From Carcharhinus longimanus (Eukaryota), in the NCBI GenBank assembly GCA_030264375.1, contig JASCQW010000032.1:6716083-6778806 (forward strand): a DNA stretch of 62,724 bases, in the 5' to 3' direction. Within the stretch, counting starts at the first letter, position 1. The number at the start of each line of letters is the position of its first letter. The notes beneath the pieces are model-generated. The model did not search any database, was not told the origin of the DNA, and saw only the letters and a program-made list of their open reading frames with translations. A program made the position numbers and the translations under genes. This document shows, piece by piece, positions 25,421-40,169 of the stretch.

Positions 25421-27904
25421 GATTTGATGAAGGTGTTTAAAATTATGAAAAGGGATGAGCAAGGTAAAAAGATGGACTTTCCAATGATTGAGGGATTTAA
25501 AAATAAGGTTAAAATACAAAAGAATTAGGACAAAGGGCAGAAAAATTTTACTCTGCAGAGTGCTGTGACATTGTGAAATGAAATAAGGACCGTGTTATTA
25601 TTTTCCAATCGGTTACATAAGTAATTGAAGATAAGGGACACATGATGGGATGACTACTGTGACATTCAATGACCTGCCCCTATAAGGTAATTTCTTAAGT
25701 TTATTTTAAAATGCTCTAAAAAAGTGTTTATTCCAGTGACAGTGAAATACTGATATTGAACAACTTCTGTACAATACTGTCCTTGTGCAGAGTATATGAC
25801 TGACAATATCAAGGCCTCTCTATTGGGAGTACAGTACCTTGAACACATTACCAATTAGTTACACATACTGCAGAAAGGTTCGGCTTTCAACAACCAAAGG
25901 AACTCTCACATTGTTTAAAGAGACATTCAAAGTCATTGGTCTTCTTATAGGCTTGCTTTATAAAAGTGCTTAAACTGAAAACTTAACCCCCACCCCTCAA
26001 ATCAACAAAATCTCCAAACAGGAAAGACTAAATGAAAACTGTCAGTTGATGGAAGTCTTTGCATGCTCTATACAAATTAGATCATTATCTGAGAAAATAA
26101 ATTGCTGCATTTCAGAATGGCTTCACATATTAATAGTTAACAAACAAGTGGATCTCTTGGAATGAAGTACACTTCTCCTTGCTACATTCTAAGTAGGAAA
26201 AGTGGATTATAAAGCCATCTGCTTTCACTTTAAGAGAAGGGAGAAAGAAGATAATCATGACTATTTTGTTCATACATTAAAGTCCAACATTTCTCACCTC
26301 ACCACCACAGGTTTCAGGTATACAAGTCCAACCAGCATCCTCCATCAACAATACAACAAAACTGGGCTCAGTTCTGCCCTATCCTTTTTTTGATAAACAC
26401 TGAAAATATCCAGAGATCATTGTAAAGTTAAGTTTGCAAACAGCTGATATGCAGAACTTTACCTTTCAATAATCTTCTCCATCAGATAATTTATCTCCTA
26501 GGAAGAAGGTATTAATTCTAAATTTTGCACTGTGCACACTGCTGGCTGGGTTGTTCATAATGTTAAACCAATGCCAAGAAACCATTTACCACACACTGAT
26601 CTTCACATTCTGAATGAATTAGTTACATAATTTGCACAACATGGTTGCCATGAACTCAATGCTCTCTGCTCTCAAATTAACCTCAAGACTGCTGAAGGCA
26701 TGGAGCCTCAGTGGACTATGGCCAGCAATGCTCACTGAGCTTTATGTGTAATGTTACATTCTGATAGCATCAGCACTTCATATTCTCAGTTATTAACTAT
26801 TATTTCTCAGGTGGCAGAAATATTACCAGACAATTCCCAACCTTCAATGCATAATCAGTCATATTTACAATCTAATCAACAGTACCCAGGGGAAATTCAT
26901 TTAATTATTTGGCTCTTGCTGATCAATGCAAAACTGTTTCAGATGCACAAATGCATTAAAAGTAGTGAAATTCAGGGGTCCAGCAGGTCAACTCACAATG
27001 AGGAGTGATGGAAGGGTCTAATACTTCCCCAACAATTTCCACACAGCCTTACTTGGAGCAAAATTTCCACTAGCTGTAAAACAAGGACAGCAGTGAGGAA
27101 GTGACTCCTCTGTGACCTGGCAGAAGTACAGTGGACAGAGACCAAAAGAAGCGGGACCCACCTGGAGATCCAGTCTGACCCTGGAATTCAGTCTATGTAA
27201 GAATGTGATAGCACAAATAAAAGGGCACAGGAGGATTGTAATGAACAATTCAGTAAGATAGCTATGAATAAAGTTAGAATAACTCAAAGCTCCAGACCAG
27301 TGAGCGCTTCCTAGAATGCTGAGGGGAGTCTAAAGGTTTTGATCAAAGTTGGGCTAAGGGCTTGATAATTAGAGTTGCAGATAAAGAGCTGGGACTTGGG
27401 CAAAGCACAACTGCTCTGTCAAAGAGGCAATACAGGCACAATTGACCAAATATCGTCCTTCAATTTCTATGGTCTGCAAATTGTCAATGTAATACCACTG
27501 TTCAAAAAGAAGCCAAGGGTGGATCAATCATAAAGCTGTGACAAAACTGATATTCTCTGATAAAGACATAGGTTAGTTAAGAGTAATCATCATAAATTAG
27601 TAAAAAAAAGTAATGATTGACACGCCAGGGAATGCTCAAAGAATGATTACAACACAGAAGGGGGCTAATCAGCCCATCACGTTCATGCTTATTCTTCGTA
27701 AGAGCAATTCAGTTTCAAGTCCCCATAGCCTGCTGACTAACAGTTTTTCAAGTTGCTGTTGGTTCCTTTGCCAATCATCATTGGTGAACTCTGCTTCTTG
27801 ATCTTCCCCCCAAAGGGAACATTTCTCCCTATCTACTTTGTCTGGACTTATGATTTTGAACACTATCAAATCTCTTTTCAACTTTCTCTTTTCTAAGGCA
27901 AACA

Positions 27905-28060
27905 ATCTTTTTCTACACTCTAGCTATCACTAACACGACATTCTGCGTCCTCTCCTTTCCTTCTCTATGTACGGTATGCTTTGTCTGTACAGCACACAAG
28001 AAACAATACTTCTCACTTTATATTAATATATGACACTAATATATCAAATCAAAACAATTC
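27905..28060 (+). mobile_element. Rex1-type LINE 3' tail adjacent to a gap
   Basis: Matches the 3' UTR at 53760-53910 (ttctctatg...gtatgctttgtctgta...aaacaatact...atcaaatcaaa). Confidence 0.7.
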
Positions 28061-31000
28061 CAGNNNNNNNNNNNNNNNNNNNNNNNNNNNNNNNNNNNNN
28101 NNNNNNNNNNNNNNNNNNNNNNNNNNNNNNNNNNNNNNNNNNNNNNNNNNNNNNNNNNNNNNNCGCGTGTATGCCCCTCGTTGGACAACAAGGCGGACCG
28201 ACTTAAAACCTGTGAATTAAAAGAGAAAAACATTAGTATCGTTCCACATCCTTATACATTACCAGGGACGTCCCAAGGCTACTGAACCTTATTTAAAACA
28301 ATCTCCTATGTCCTTCCATCTTCCATCAAAGACTTGATCAGGCTCTTCGAGCCGCATCATGGTGGGATCTGCCCTGGATGATTCAATGGATATTCTGTTT
28401 CCACTAGCTGTTACTGACCGGGGGGCGGTGGGGGCATCATAATTTCAAGGTGGTCAGCAAGAGAACTTGAAGTGAAATGAGAAAGTTCTTTATTTCAGAG
28501 CTGTTGGGATTTGGAATGTACTGTCTGGGAGATTCCATAGGAGGTTTTAAAAGAGAGCTGGCTAAATATTTGGAAGTCATGAATTGAGAGGGTTATTATT
28601 GATAGGGCTGGAGAATTGGGACTAGCCAGGCAGGTCTTTCTGGAGCCTCTTTCTGTGCTATGTGTTGTAAAATTCTATGATTCCATGCCTTGCATTTAAC
28701 AAAGCCATGTTGGCCATCTCTGATCAGCTGCTATTTGTTCAAGTTGGGGAGAATTACCTAGTAATTACTTGGCATTTTTGTCCCAGCCTTAAATAATGGC
28801 AAATCATTAGCAAAATTCAAATCTTAATTGCAAAATTCCCAAATCAAGTGAACTCAAAGATTGTAAATAATGTTTCTGCACTTGCCTCGTGGAGATCTTT
28901 CAACAGTCTGGGATGAAAACCATCAGATCCGGAAGACTTACCTATTTAAATTAGTATTTTATCCCAGTGCCACATTGTTATTAGATTTAATGACAATAAG
29001 GCAATGACAATATTGCCAGCACCTATGCTCCATATAAACCCCATCCCATTCGATGCTGGAGTTTAGATGATCTTTAATACTGTTTAAACAACAGTTCCTG
29101 CCTACAAATCTGGCAATTGCTCCAGAAAACATATGCCCGTTGATTTTCAGTCGCAATCACGGACCAGTTGCAGTTGTGTTTCTCCCGCTGCAACAACCGT
29201 ATACTCAACTTAAATTAGTCTAAATTCAATACACTCGAGTGGAGGACATACCTGTCTCTTCAATAGACCGCTAGCCACAGATTTTGTGCCAAGGGCAATC
29301 GAAGCCAAGTTAAAAACGACATCAAGAATCAGGCAGATTTATTTCCTGACAATCCCACTCCTCTTTATGATGCTGCTTGATTGCAAATTCGCTGGATATT
29401 TGATGTGTGGGGTTATACGAACGAATGTGCAAGGCCACTGCAGCAAAATCGAGGCTGTATCAAACATTTCCTGTTCTTAGTGGAAACTTAAAATGTCTTA
29501 GACACACCTTTATGCCTTCAGTTATTTATCTCCCAGAAAATTAAAATCTCCCATTAGAACTGCCTTTGTCTTTGCTAAATGTGTTTCTGAACCCTATATT
29601 CATGCATCCTTGCTGTCGGCACTTCCTACCAAATACAAACAAACGAGTCAAGCCCAGATTTCCGATATTTCCATTCTACGACCTACCAATAAGTCAATTG
29701 CTTCTCAATAGCAGAGGTAAATTGGCACACTTGCTCCGATACTTTCACCATGACCTTCTGGAGAAAGAAAAATCATGATCATGGTGCTGTGGTCATTGGA
29801 TGTTGATAGTTCGTGAGAAGCGGAAAATTCTATTCTATCATGTATGCAGAAAGAGCATGGGGATTATGCAAAGGCAAGGTACTTTCTGTAAGGAATGAAG
29901 TTAAAACAAAATAATAGTGCAAAATATAAGGATCTATTCAAAATGTTTGCCCTCAGTAAAAAACATACAGCACTGGGTCAGGAACCGAGTCATGTTTCAG
30001 CATAAATTAACATATTATTTGTATGCAGACCGAAATCCGCTGCTTTGTCCCACTAACCCAATTTTTAGATTTGAAAGATAATAGCAATTAAATGAATACA
30101 CAATGCCTCCTGCTAATCATCCGCTTTACTTGTTTTATGTACGTTTCATGCAATACAAATGGAGTTTCCAGTTCAAAGATTGTAATAATTGCATTTTTCA
30201 ATTGTTAAGAGTGAATCCCAACAACTCCTAAACATTTGGTCAGCAGCATTAAACTAACAGAGTCACTGGATCTGCAAAATGTGGTCTCAGATCAGTAAAT
30301 AAGTGCTTAACACGTAGACCCCTCCCTCCCCCTGAATAGAAACAGAATTGTAAACTTACAACTTTCACCAGTACTTTGGCTTCTTTTAAGGAAGCAACAC
30401 GGTGGTTTACTTGCATCTACTGATACCAGAAGTACCGAGTAATTTGTCAGTAACATTTCGTCACCCACAAGAGGCAGCTCTCAGTCAATGACCTCAATAA
30501 CCAGAGTTCAGAACAGATCTGCTACAATCTCTGTTGGCTCTGGAACAGTGCCTAGCGATGAACACAACCAAATGCTGAACTTCTGAATCTAAATATGATA
30601 TAGCTGAGCCATTTATAATGAGGAATGAGATCTTTGAAATTGGGAAATTCCGATCTTCCACCGGGCAGGAGGGACAGGGAAGTGAATCCCCAGAGTGGCA
30701 GAAACAGTTTTAATGCAGGAGACAACTCTAGTAAAAGAAACTGAAAGCTGTACTCTCTTAGCACCATGATCAATGTGAGGGTCAGACAATTTGAAATATA
30801 TCTAAAATGTGAATATACAACAGAACCTATCATAAATGATAAATCAGAAACGGTAACACTTGAAACTACTTAAGTCAAAATCTGGGAAGGATTACTACAC
30901 AACATTACATGTGATCTGGGAAGTTTGGAAAAATTATAATTTAAATGAATGTTCAGGATACGAGATTCTGGAAGGATACAGCTTGGGAATGAGTGTCAGA

Positions 31001-32207
31001 GGATTGATGGATTTGAATGGTTTGTAGCAACATGCTAGAGTGCAGAGAATCAGTTTATATATGAAGTGAATTAATGAGAAACAGAAAAAAAAATCTTGAG
31101 AGCATCACAAAAGATTGAACTGCAAAAGTATTGATCATAACGGACATCTGAATCCTAAAGATGGACAGGGCATAGTTGTCACGTTAAGTTGACAATTTCC
31201 AGCCAGGGGTCACTGGACAACAATTAGAATTGGGAATCCTGGCAATGTCCAAAAGTTAATTTTAACACCATCCATTTGTACCATCAACCGCAGACTCACA
31301 ACCAGAGAGTTACCAGAATGCCCACAAAAACGGCTATTTTCATGCAATTATAGGCTTTTGTTTGCACCAGTACTTAGCAATGAAGAATGCCACGATGCAA
31401 GAAAATCAATGCATTATCACTTGCCACAGATCTCAAGTTAATTACAGAGGAAGTCCAGAGCTGTGTTAAAAAAAATTCCTTTCCCTAGCAAAGGTGGGGC
31501 AGTGGTAGAAGGCAGGCCTCAGCACTTGAGATAGGGACAAAGGTAAGGGTTCCAATTCCTTATTATCTAGCGGGAAGCTAGCCACATGTCTCCGTCAAGT
31601 AAGGACAGGGTTTGTTGTCAATGGAATGGCCACTGGGGTCAAAGAACTGGCCAGACATGCAAAAAAAGCCAATATTTGCTGTCCAAGCTCTTGCAACACT
31701 GGGGACTTGTTGAGGTATGAGAGTTAATGGAACTGGACCACAGCAGTAACCAAATCTTCTAGAGACATGAAGAGCAGGAAATGGACGAGAAGGAATCCTC
31801 TTTTTGGTGTCAACAAAACATAGGTGTCATCACAGGATAACTTGAAGTCATTTTCCTAGCAACAAACATCATCCTTTAAACAGGCCTCATTGTTTTGCTA
31901 GGGCTACAATATTTGTAAAGTACTTTTTCATGGATCTTCAGACAAGAAAAACTTGTAACCAACTGATGTTAGAATAGCCTTAGACTGGCCTGGAAGACAG
32001 TGATTCAGTCAAAACTTCATATTGATAAGGTGCCTCTTGGACATTACCATTAAATAAATCAAGCTAACAAATTACTTGCAATACAAAACATTTTTTACCC
32101 CAGTATAATTTCCACAGGCAATAGTCACCTTTCTAGTGCCTAATCCAAGTAATCTGGCTGTAATTGAAATCACGCCTGGACAAGTCTGCTTCTATTCTTG
32201 TCTTTGT

Positions 32208-32280
32208 GGGCCAGTGGCACAACAGATAATGCATCTGACTATAGATTAGGAGATTCCAGATTCGAATCCTGGCTGGATCA
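32208..32280 (+). pseudogene. tRNA-Arg(ACG) pseudogene
   Basis: 73 nt colinear with vertebrate tRNA-Arg-ACG (GGGCCAGTGGCGCAATGGATAACGCGTCTGACTACGGATCAGAAGATTCCAGGTTCGACTCCTGGCTGGCTCG, recalled). About 13 substitutions, roughly half at CpGs. The anticodon reads ATA at 32241-32243. Confidence 0.85.
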
Positions 32281-35200
32281 TTGTATGATCTTGTCAATAG
32301 TTCACAAACTCAATGTCATTGCTTTGCTTCTACCCTTACTTAATTAATGTACATGTTGCAAAGACACAAGAAAACATTTAGTAGCAGGCACCATGTTCTG
32401 TCCGCACCCAAGAGTAACCTACATTTTCCCTAGTTAAGATTAGAATGGAGTATGATCCATGTGGTTTCATTACATGCAACCGTTACCACTAGAGTCAAGT
32501 TTAAAACTGGAATTCTGAGCTTGGAGGGAGACGCTGCAACCTGTTGCTTATACTTCCATCTCCCAATCTCAGTTGTTCTACCAAATGCAGGAAAAATCTT
32601 CTGATGAGGAAAAGGCAAGAAAATGAAGTGTAATACAGGAGGAAAAATAGACAAAATGCAGAGATGTGGGGAGAATCAGTCACCTCTGGCCACTCAGTGA
32701 CTGGATAAAGAGGCAAAGCAGGAAGTCAACAATGAGCTAGAAATAGCACACTAAAAGACAGAAGAACCTTCACAATTGACTTAAGGTTTTTAAAAATAGG
32801 TTTTTTTGGTCATTACAGTGATGCAATTAAATCCCTGGCCCAGTAAGAACACAGCTGCCCGAATTTTTAGGCGAAGCAGAGCTTTATTCCTATGCTGGTG
32901 GACTTTTTGCAGACCTTTAATTTGAGGAATATATATATGAAATGAAAAGCAGTTTATTTTCTTTCTGCTAATGTGCTGGACCTAAACAATTATTGATTTG
33001 TTGGGGAAGCTTCAGTTAGCATCAATGGAGTGCCAGAACACAGATTGGGTAAAACTGCACAGAACTAATATGAGTTCAGTTCAAGTGTATTCATGATAGT
33101 GAAGCACTGTGACAGATCTTCAAGTGGTGCAAGGTGGTACAAAAATTCAAAGTCTTTCTTCTTAAAACTTTAAACATAGGGTTTGCCCCACGTTAGGTCT
33201 ACAGATCCAGTGTCTCAAACATGTTAGTCTAATGTGTTAATTCAATTGTTGCAGTAATAGTATTTAATGCTGATCTTGAAATCCAATAGTATTTCTAGAC
33301 CTAGTACACAAAGCTCAGCATAAGAAAAGGGTTTAGAAAATAGACATTACATTTACTATATAACTTTTTTTTCAAACATACTAACAATTAAAACATTTTT
33401 CTTTACCCCAAATTTCTGAAAAATGTCAAAGCAATTTTAAGACTTTTTAAATACCGAGGAAATTGACTGAATTAACCCAGCTTGGATAAGTAAAGGCCTC
33501 TTTCACATGAGAACATCACCTTAAATAATGAAAATGGGAAAGGTTTTATACTTTGCACTGCCCATCAACGGCTCTTGCCTCCACGCAATCCCCAAGTTGA
33601 GCTGGTCATTTGTAATTAGCCAAGAAGAGGTTTTGGTGGTGAAATATTGTGATAAAATGCTCAAGACTTGTGGTTGTTTCTTCATGGTGTATGTGAACAT
33701 TTCACAGAGCTTTCCATGCCAGATTGTAATGGTAGTTATCATAGATGATACTGCAAACATTTCACTCCGACACACAACTACAGCCATTAGTAACTTATTC
33801 AGAATGTTTTATCACTAATCAAACTGCAAAATCGCAAACTGCACAGAACAGGTTCCCTGACCACAAGAGTCAACAAAGTTGGTAGGAGCTTAGCAACAGT
33901 GAACCTCACCAAACATTAGGTGCTTTGTATGGAGCACTGTGCATGTCAAAATGGTGCCTATCAGGCACAGATAACAGTGAATCAAGGCAGTGTAACAGTG
34001 GTAAGAGAGTGAACACAACAGAACATAGAAAATGAGGACAGGATTGCAGGGAATATTCAAATTGTCAATTTTTGATAAATATATTTTGCAACAACCAGGC
34101 AGAAAGGTAGTAGTGGAGCCATTGAGAGGTACCAACAGTGATATAGTAAATAACTAGGGGATGGCAAATATTCTAAAATAACATTTGCTGTATTAAGAAA
34201 AGGAGAGCACAGACAATTTACTCAGAATAAAAGCTATTTTCTTTGGGAAGGGGAAGGGGAAGAGGAAGCGACACGGGTTAATTATCCATGGAAATTGACA
34301 TTGCAGATGTGTTGAAGTCAAAAGGCAAGGCACTAGACCTGATGAGATATATACAAGGGCACTTAAGTGGCTTGTGAAATTGGTCACTTCTTTGCTACCA
34401 TTTTTTATGAGTGGGAATTGAATCCAAGGATTGGAAAATAGTTGGTCATTAGCTTTTAAAAAGAGAGGATTACATAGGGATACAGTGTCAATCCCAGGAG
34501 GTGACTGAGTCAGTACAAGACACAGGGGAGTACACATTCCAAGTACTGGGTAAAATTCTGGTCACACTACAGCAACAATATCCATGCAACAAAGGTAGTG
34601 GAGAGGAGGTGGCCTTGATACATTTGGTTGCTGATGTCATTTTAAACTTGCTTTTATTCCTCAATTAACAGTATGCACTAATTTCCTTTGGTGACCTGAT
34701 CTGTTAGCAACATTTTTATAGCTTTTAATTAATAGTAAATGGCACCATCTTGGGCTCAATAATTGTGCAAAGCTGATTTCACAAGGCAATTAGTCCAAGG
34801 ATTACTCCAACATAAAAACCTGCAACACACCACATTGTTTCCACAGTAGAACTCCCACCCCAATTCAATTTGTTGCTTACTTACATACTCAAAACATCTT
34901 ACTAATGACAGGCTCCCCTTTTGATGTAGATCTACTAGAGCAGCTGGAACCAAATTGCAATACCTAGGTGATATTCTCCAAATTCTTGACATCATCCTGA
35001 AGGCTGTACAACAGGTGCTATTTTGAAAGTAAATCTCAAATTAGGGATCCCATATGTAAGGACTGCGAAGTTCTACTGATGATGTCTTTTATCTCTAAGG
35101 CTTTATGGTTATAATTTATAAAAACATGTTTACTGCAATGGACTTGGCAATTGAGACCAATACTTCCTGAATGTATGTAAAGGAACCCCTCCCCATATTG

Positions 35201-37224
35201 CATGTTTGTCAATAAGGTGCATTCAAGCTCTGAAACACAATATGAGAGCCCATGTGCTACACGTGTGACCATTTATCAGTCAGTGTTCAAACTGTCCTTT
35301 GAGCTTAAAAAAAAGCAGCAATAGATATGAGGATCCTTCCTGTGGGAAAACTACCACAAACCTCCAGAACCAGGTCAACCTTGGAGTTGTCTTAAGACAC
35401 AGCTGGACCTATTCCAGCATCTACCACCACCTAGCTCAAGTCACCTGATCAGAAATTACCCTCTGCCCCAACACAGACACCACTACTTGTTAAACTAGAG
35501 CGTCCCTCACTGCATACACCTTTAATTATAACATAAACTCTACAAATCCACGCGATGTGAATTCTAGTACAAAATAGCAAATAGAGCAAAATCAGTACCT
35601 AATAACAGTGCCAATCCCTTTTTTCTAATAATGGAGTGGGATGTGTCCTTCATCAAACAACATGCAAACTTACATTTACAAAAACTGGTCCTCACCATAA
35701 CTTTTAAGAACAGGAATTGGTCATTCACCTCCCCATACCCATCCTCCCACTTAATTTGATCACCGTTGGCCTGTATTTCAATTGCCTTTGCACTTACCTG
35801 GGAAAATGTCAACCCACATAATCTAAGTTGAGCCTAGATCTAATCATCTGAATAAGAAACAGCTAAGAAACATGTTGTGATTGATAGGGAGGCAAGAGCA
35901 AGGGGGAACTTCTCGCATTCAGCTTTAGATTGCCCACATTTTGTAACCTTCACACACTGCAGATAACTTGATCACTACAATACAAAATACGCTGTTTGAT
36001 TTGGTTCATTGAATAGTGAAACTGGTTAGTTTTTCCCCACAGTGTGAGCACACTCCAATAGCTGAAAGAAGTGGTGGAAGGTGGGGAAGCAGAAGACATT
36101 CCGAGACTTCATAAAACTGTACATTTTGAAAATCTATAAAGGCTTTCTCAGTACTCCAAGGATATATTGTGTATTATATAACACCAGAGTGATTGTTCAC
36201 AGCCAACTACAAAAAAGAAATTCAACCATCTTATATTTTCAACATTTGGACTTAAAATTGTGGTTGAACACAGACTAAAAAACATTACAATTTCTGTTAG
36301 AATTCACCAGATTTCAGACAGGTATAAAATTGAGCTGTTTCAAAACAGAAGCAAGTACACCAAAGAAGGGCAATTAAAGGTAATGGGGACAGGCAAAATA
36401 CTACCCAGTAATACTGGTCCACAAGCTCTGGTTGCACCAGTATGATGGTCAAGTCATTGGAGGATGAGAAACGGAAGAGGGGCTGAGGCAGTGAAAAGTT
36501 TTAATACTTATTCACTCACTATCACGTGGCTACCATTTCCAATACTTGTAATAACATGGTCATAACAGCAATATTCTACATAGTGGGATGACCAGTTTGA
36601 GAAATGTCCATTTTACCTGGTTATGCCTTCTCATGTGAAATTGGCCAGAGATACAGCAAATATACATGAGCACAAACAAAATGAGGAAAATTTCCTGAGA
36701 ACAGAACTACTTAGCACTCAAGTGTTGCACTAGTGTAAAGCAGGCTTTCACTTGCCTTCGATTAACTCAGAAATGTTAACCTTATATATAATATATATAT
36801 AATCTTTATTTAAATGTAAACAGAACAGGAACCATTAAAAGATATGGCTCCACAGAGGAGGGGGAAAAATAGTGACAACTGTAGTCCTTTCAAGTAAAGT
36901 TTTCTCCAATCACCTTGTTCAAGTTTGTGCCCCTCCACAGATTAGTCCTTAGTCCTTGTGCCTGTATGGGGAACAATCCACAGACTTAAAATACAGTATG
37001 CCAAAAGTCATGCACCATAGCAGAATCACTTCCCATTGTGAAAAGGTCAACATCCTGCTAAAGGAAGGCATTTATTTAAATGTCGCTGTTGAGTTGATTG
37101 GAAATTCCCTCCCCCAAGCCTCCCTTTGCCTGTACCCTGGGCCTGGAACCTTATTGCCAAGTTGTAGAGCTGCAGATATGTGATGTTGCTGTAGGTCTCC
37201 CCAGCGAAGGCCTGCTTCACTGGC

Positions 37225-37540
37225 TCATTTCTCCAACTCATCTGTTTGCGCTGACTGCTGGTGTACTGAAGCCTGCAGGTGGCCCATGCAGGTTCCTCTT
37301 GAAATTCTATCTTGCTCCACATGCATTGGCAGAGGAATAGGTTGTGCCAGCGACACTGTGGGTATGACTGCTGCAGGGACAATGAGGCCATGATTGGAGC
37401 CCTTCAGTGTAAGATCTTGCGTGGGCAGAAGTGGCTTCAGGATACTGACCAGACAGAAAGCAGAGCCACTTTTTGGGATAAAGTTCACCTTATTTTTATC
37501 TGGACAGAAGAACGGAGGAATTTCATGCAGCTGCTTTGGT
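37225..37540 (-). CDS. FAM117B: FAM117B terminal coding exon (PKQLHEIPPFFCPDKNKVNFIPKSGSAFCLVSILKPLLPT...DELEK*)
   Basis: Acceptor tttccttgattctag on the - strand, phase 2. Contains the FAM117/GLCCI1 motif CPDKNKVNFIP.GSAFC and the FAM117B-type LVSILKPLLPT and EQDRISRGT. TGA at 37225-37227. Confidence 0.95.
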
Positions 37541-37689
37541 CTAGAATCAAGGAAATACAGCATCAACAAAAGCAAACAAATTAAGTTTTACAACATTATC
37601 ATCAAGATAACTGACAAGTTTCCCAGGCACAACCAATTAGTTCCCAGCATAGTTTCCAGATTTAATTTTTCTAGCCTTGGCTCAGTGAG

Positions 37690-38010
37690 CAGTAATTTCA
37701 TTTCTCAGTCAGAAGATTGGTGAATTCGAGTACCATTCCAGATACTTCAGCATGTAATTCAGGCTGATGGTGCAGAGAAGTACTGAGGGGAGCTCAAGTG
37801 GATGCTAAGAATTCCACTGCACTACTCGGAGGAGGGCAAGAATTTCTCTCAGGTGTCCAGGCCAATATTTATCTCTGAAACAACATCCTTAAAACTGTCA
37901 CTGTGTTTCCGACACTATAACTGTGACTACCCTTTAAATGTACTTCATTGGATGAAAAGTGCTTTGAGATATCGTGAGGTAACAAACAATGCTGTACAAT
38001 TGCAAGTTAT
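37690..38010 (+). mobile_element. Deu-domain SINE in the last FAM117B intron
   Basis: cagtcagaag...agtactgaggg...gtgtccaggccaatatttatc...gtacttcattggatgaaaagtgctttgaga...tgcaagtt. Confidence 0.65.
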
Positions 38011-38039
38011 ATTGCTAAATTTTAAAATAGTTCAGGTAT

Positions 38040-39700
38040 TGGCTACAAGCATCAGTACAATTAAATTATTAAAGACAGGCAGAGTCTGCATGAAAACAGT
38101 TTCACAGCAGCAAACAAAATTGGAAGAAAAATAATGGGAGGATGAATCCAAGGAATGGTTAATCCAGGTGCAATCTGGAACATCACAATGGAGCAAATTG
38201 CCCAAAACAGAGGCAAAGTTCTCAAAATGACATGACAGAGAAATCTGAGGAAGAGGGTGAAGATAATGATGAATCCAGACGTACAATACTGGTCACAAGT
38301 AGTAGTTCTGTGATTAATGTGTTAGCTGGAGACTCCTTTAACTGTGCAGTACTAGATACTGTCTGTACTTCAACAGTGTGTGGGCCAAATTGGTTACCAT
38401 ACATATGGTTAAGGACTGTAAATATCCTGCTGCTTTGGGTTTGGTGATGACAACTCATCAAGGTCTGTAACAAGAGCTATATTCTATGCAAAACAGTTCT
38501 CTGGACAGATACCTATATGTAGTTAAAGAAACGATTGATGAAAAAGGCACAAATTAAACTTGACTTGGAGCATAATATAGCAATTATTTTTGAAAAGACA
38601 GTGCATCTACAACTTACCCAGTCAAGACATTATTGAATCTCCTTAACAAAACCGGATGTTTCTCAGCAGAGTGTTTAGTATTAATGGTGATGATGATGAT
38701 GAAAATGAGGAAAAAAAAGTCTCAAAGTTGCACGGACAATTTAAAAGTCCTGCTAAAATATGCAGGTGCAGTCAATGGGAGAGAATATGAGGATTATTAG
38801 AAGACATCAATGAAAAGTATAAAATCTGCAAAAGGTATTGGAGAACACCAGGATGTCCTATTGGAAGCCATTTTTGATATATGACTTTAATGAGATGGAT
38901 GCCACAGATGACAATGGTACGACAATGCAGAAATATTTTCATTTTTCATTTTGTAGACCTGGCAGTCAGATTTAGTCTTTCTACAAAAATCCTTAGCAAG
39001 TTCAGAAGCATTATTATTGGCAAAATCACAGAAATGCTGGACCAGACCTGTGACATCAGCAAAGTTTCAGAAACATGAATAACCAATTGTGCTGCAGCTG
39101 CAAGTCCTTTCAGCGATGAACTTTGTGAAAGTATCATGTGATGATCGATGAAATATTGCATAAATGTTTAGCAGATCAAAACAGATTGCAAGTTGAAAGA
39201 AAAATAATTTGTTCCAAACAATTGGAGGGTATGGTCATCAGTCTGAGTAAAATCCCAAATTCCCTTCTTTTTTGTATCATAGTCCTCCTGCCATACAGTT
39301 AGATCAAGATTTTCTGTTCATTTGAATGCTTCACATAGAGATAGGTTTGCAACAAAACTAAGGTCTTAGAAAAAATGTGGAGAGCACAGAGGACAAATTT
39401 CACTTCAGGAGATTTAGTATATGATAAAAAAGGTCAAAGAAAATGGAAAGATATTATTAATCAAACTGGGCTATCAAATTATGAGGATATTTTTCTCACA
39501 ATTAATCAAATTATTTGTACAATCTGAGCAGTTGACAGAAAAGCACCTTGCACGTCAAATGTCCACATTTTTGTGATGAATGTCCTAAGTACCAGAATGT
39601 ACCAAATGAAGACTGAATTGTGGCAACGCGAGTAATTATGACACAGAAAAGCTATTTTATCCATGGACTTGAAGCCCAGAGTTGATTTAAATAGCATCTT
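38040..39700 (+). mobile_element. Copia-order LTR retrotransposon relic, part 1 (gag knuckle, protease, integrase)
   Basis: HNGANCPK knuckle remnant; FNCAVLDTVCTSTVCGPNWL (aspartic protease); KLHGQF...KICKRYWRTP (HHCC remnant); FHFVDLAVRFS and ASPFSDELCE (integrase core). Confidence 0.65.
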
Positions 39701-40169
39701 CTTCCCCCATCAGTCCAGAAGGATCATCCTGATCTGAAATATCAACTCTGTTTCACTTCACAGCTGCCACATAACCTGCCGTGTAGTCCCAGCATTATGT
39801 TTTTATTTCCGATTTCCAGCATCTGCAGTATTTTGCTTTTGTCCAGAACTGGTTGTCAGGTGACATATATTCTACAGGATTCCAATGATTGTGGAATGTG
39901 CAGGAAAAGATACTGGTGAGCTCAAATATTGGATGAATAATCATTACAATGACCAAGTAGTGAGGTCCGTAGACTGGCAGGAATTGTGGTGGGAGAAAAA
40001 AGACTAGAGCATAAGAAAGCACAGCTCTATCTTTGGGTTCACCTTGATTTTGCTGGACAATTGTCTTTCCTAATTTCCTTTCTGATTTACTTTTGTCACT
40101 GTTTCCAGCACAGCTCTAACCTCCTCTTTCAATGCTCATTACTGTTTGGCTCTGAAGTGACCAGCTGCA

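Noticed and set aside
37047-37723. Several overlapping ORFs around the last FAM117B exon
   Set aside because: These are alternate-frame or antisense shadows. Only the 37225-37540 frame matches the family.
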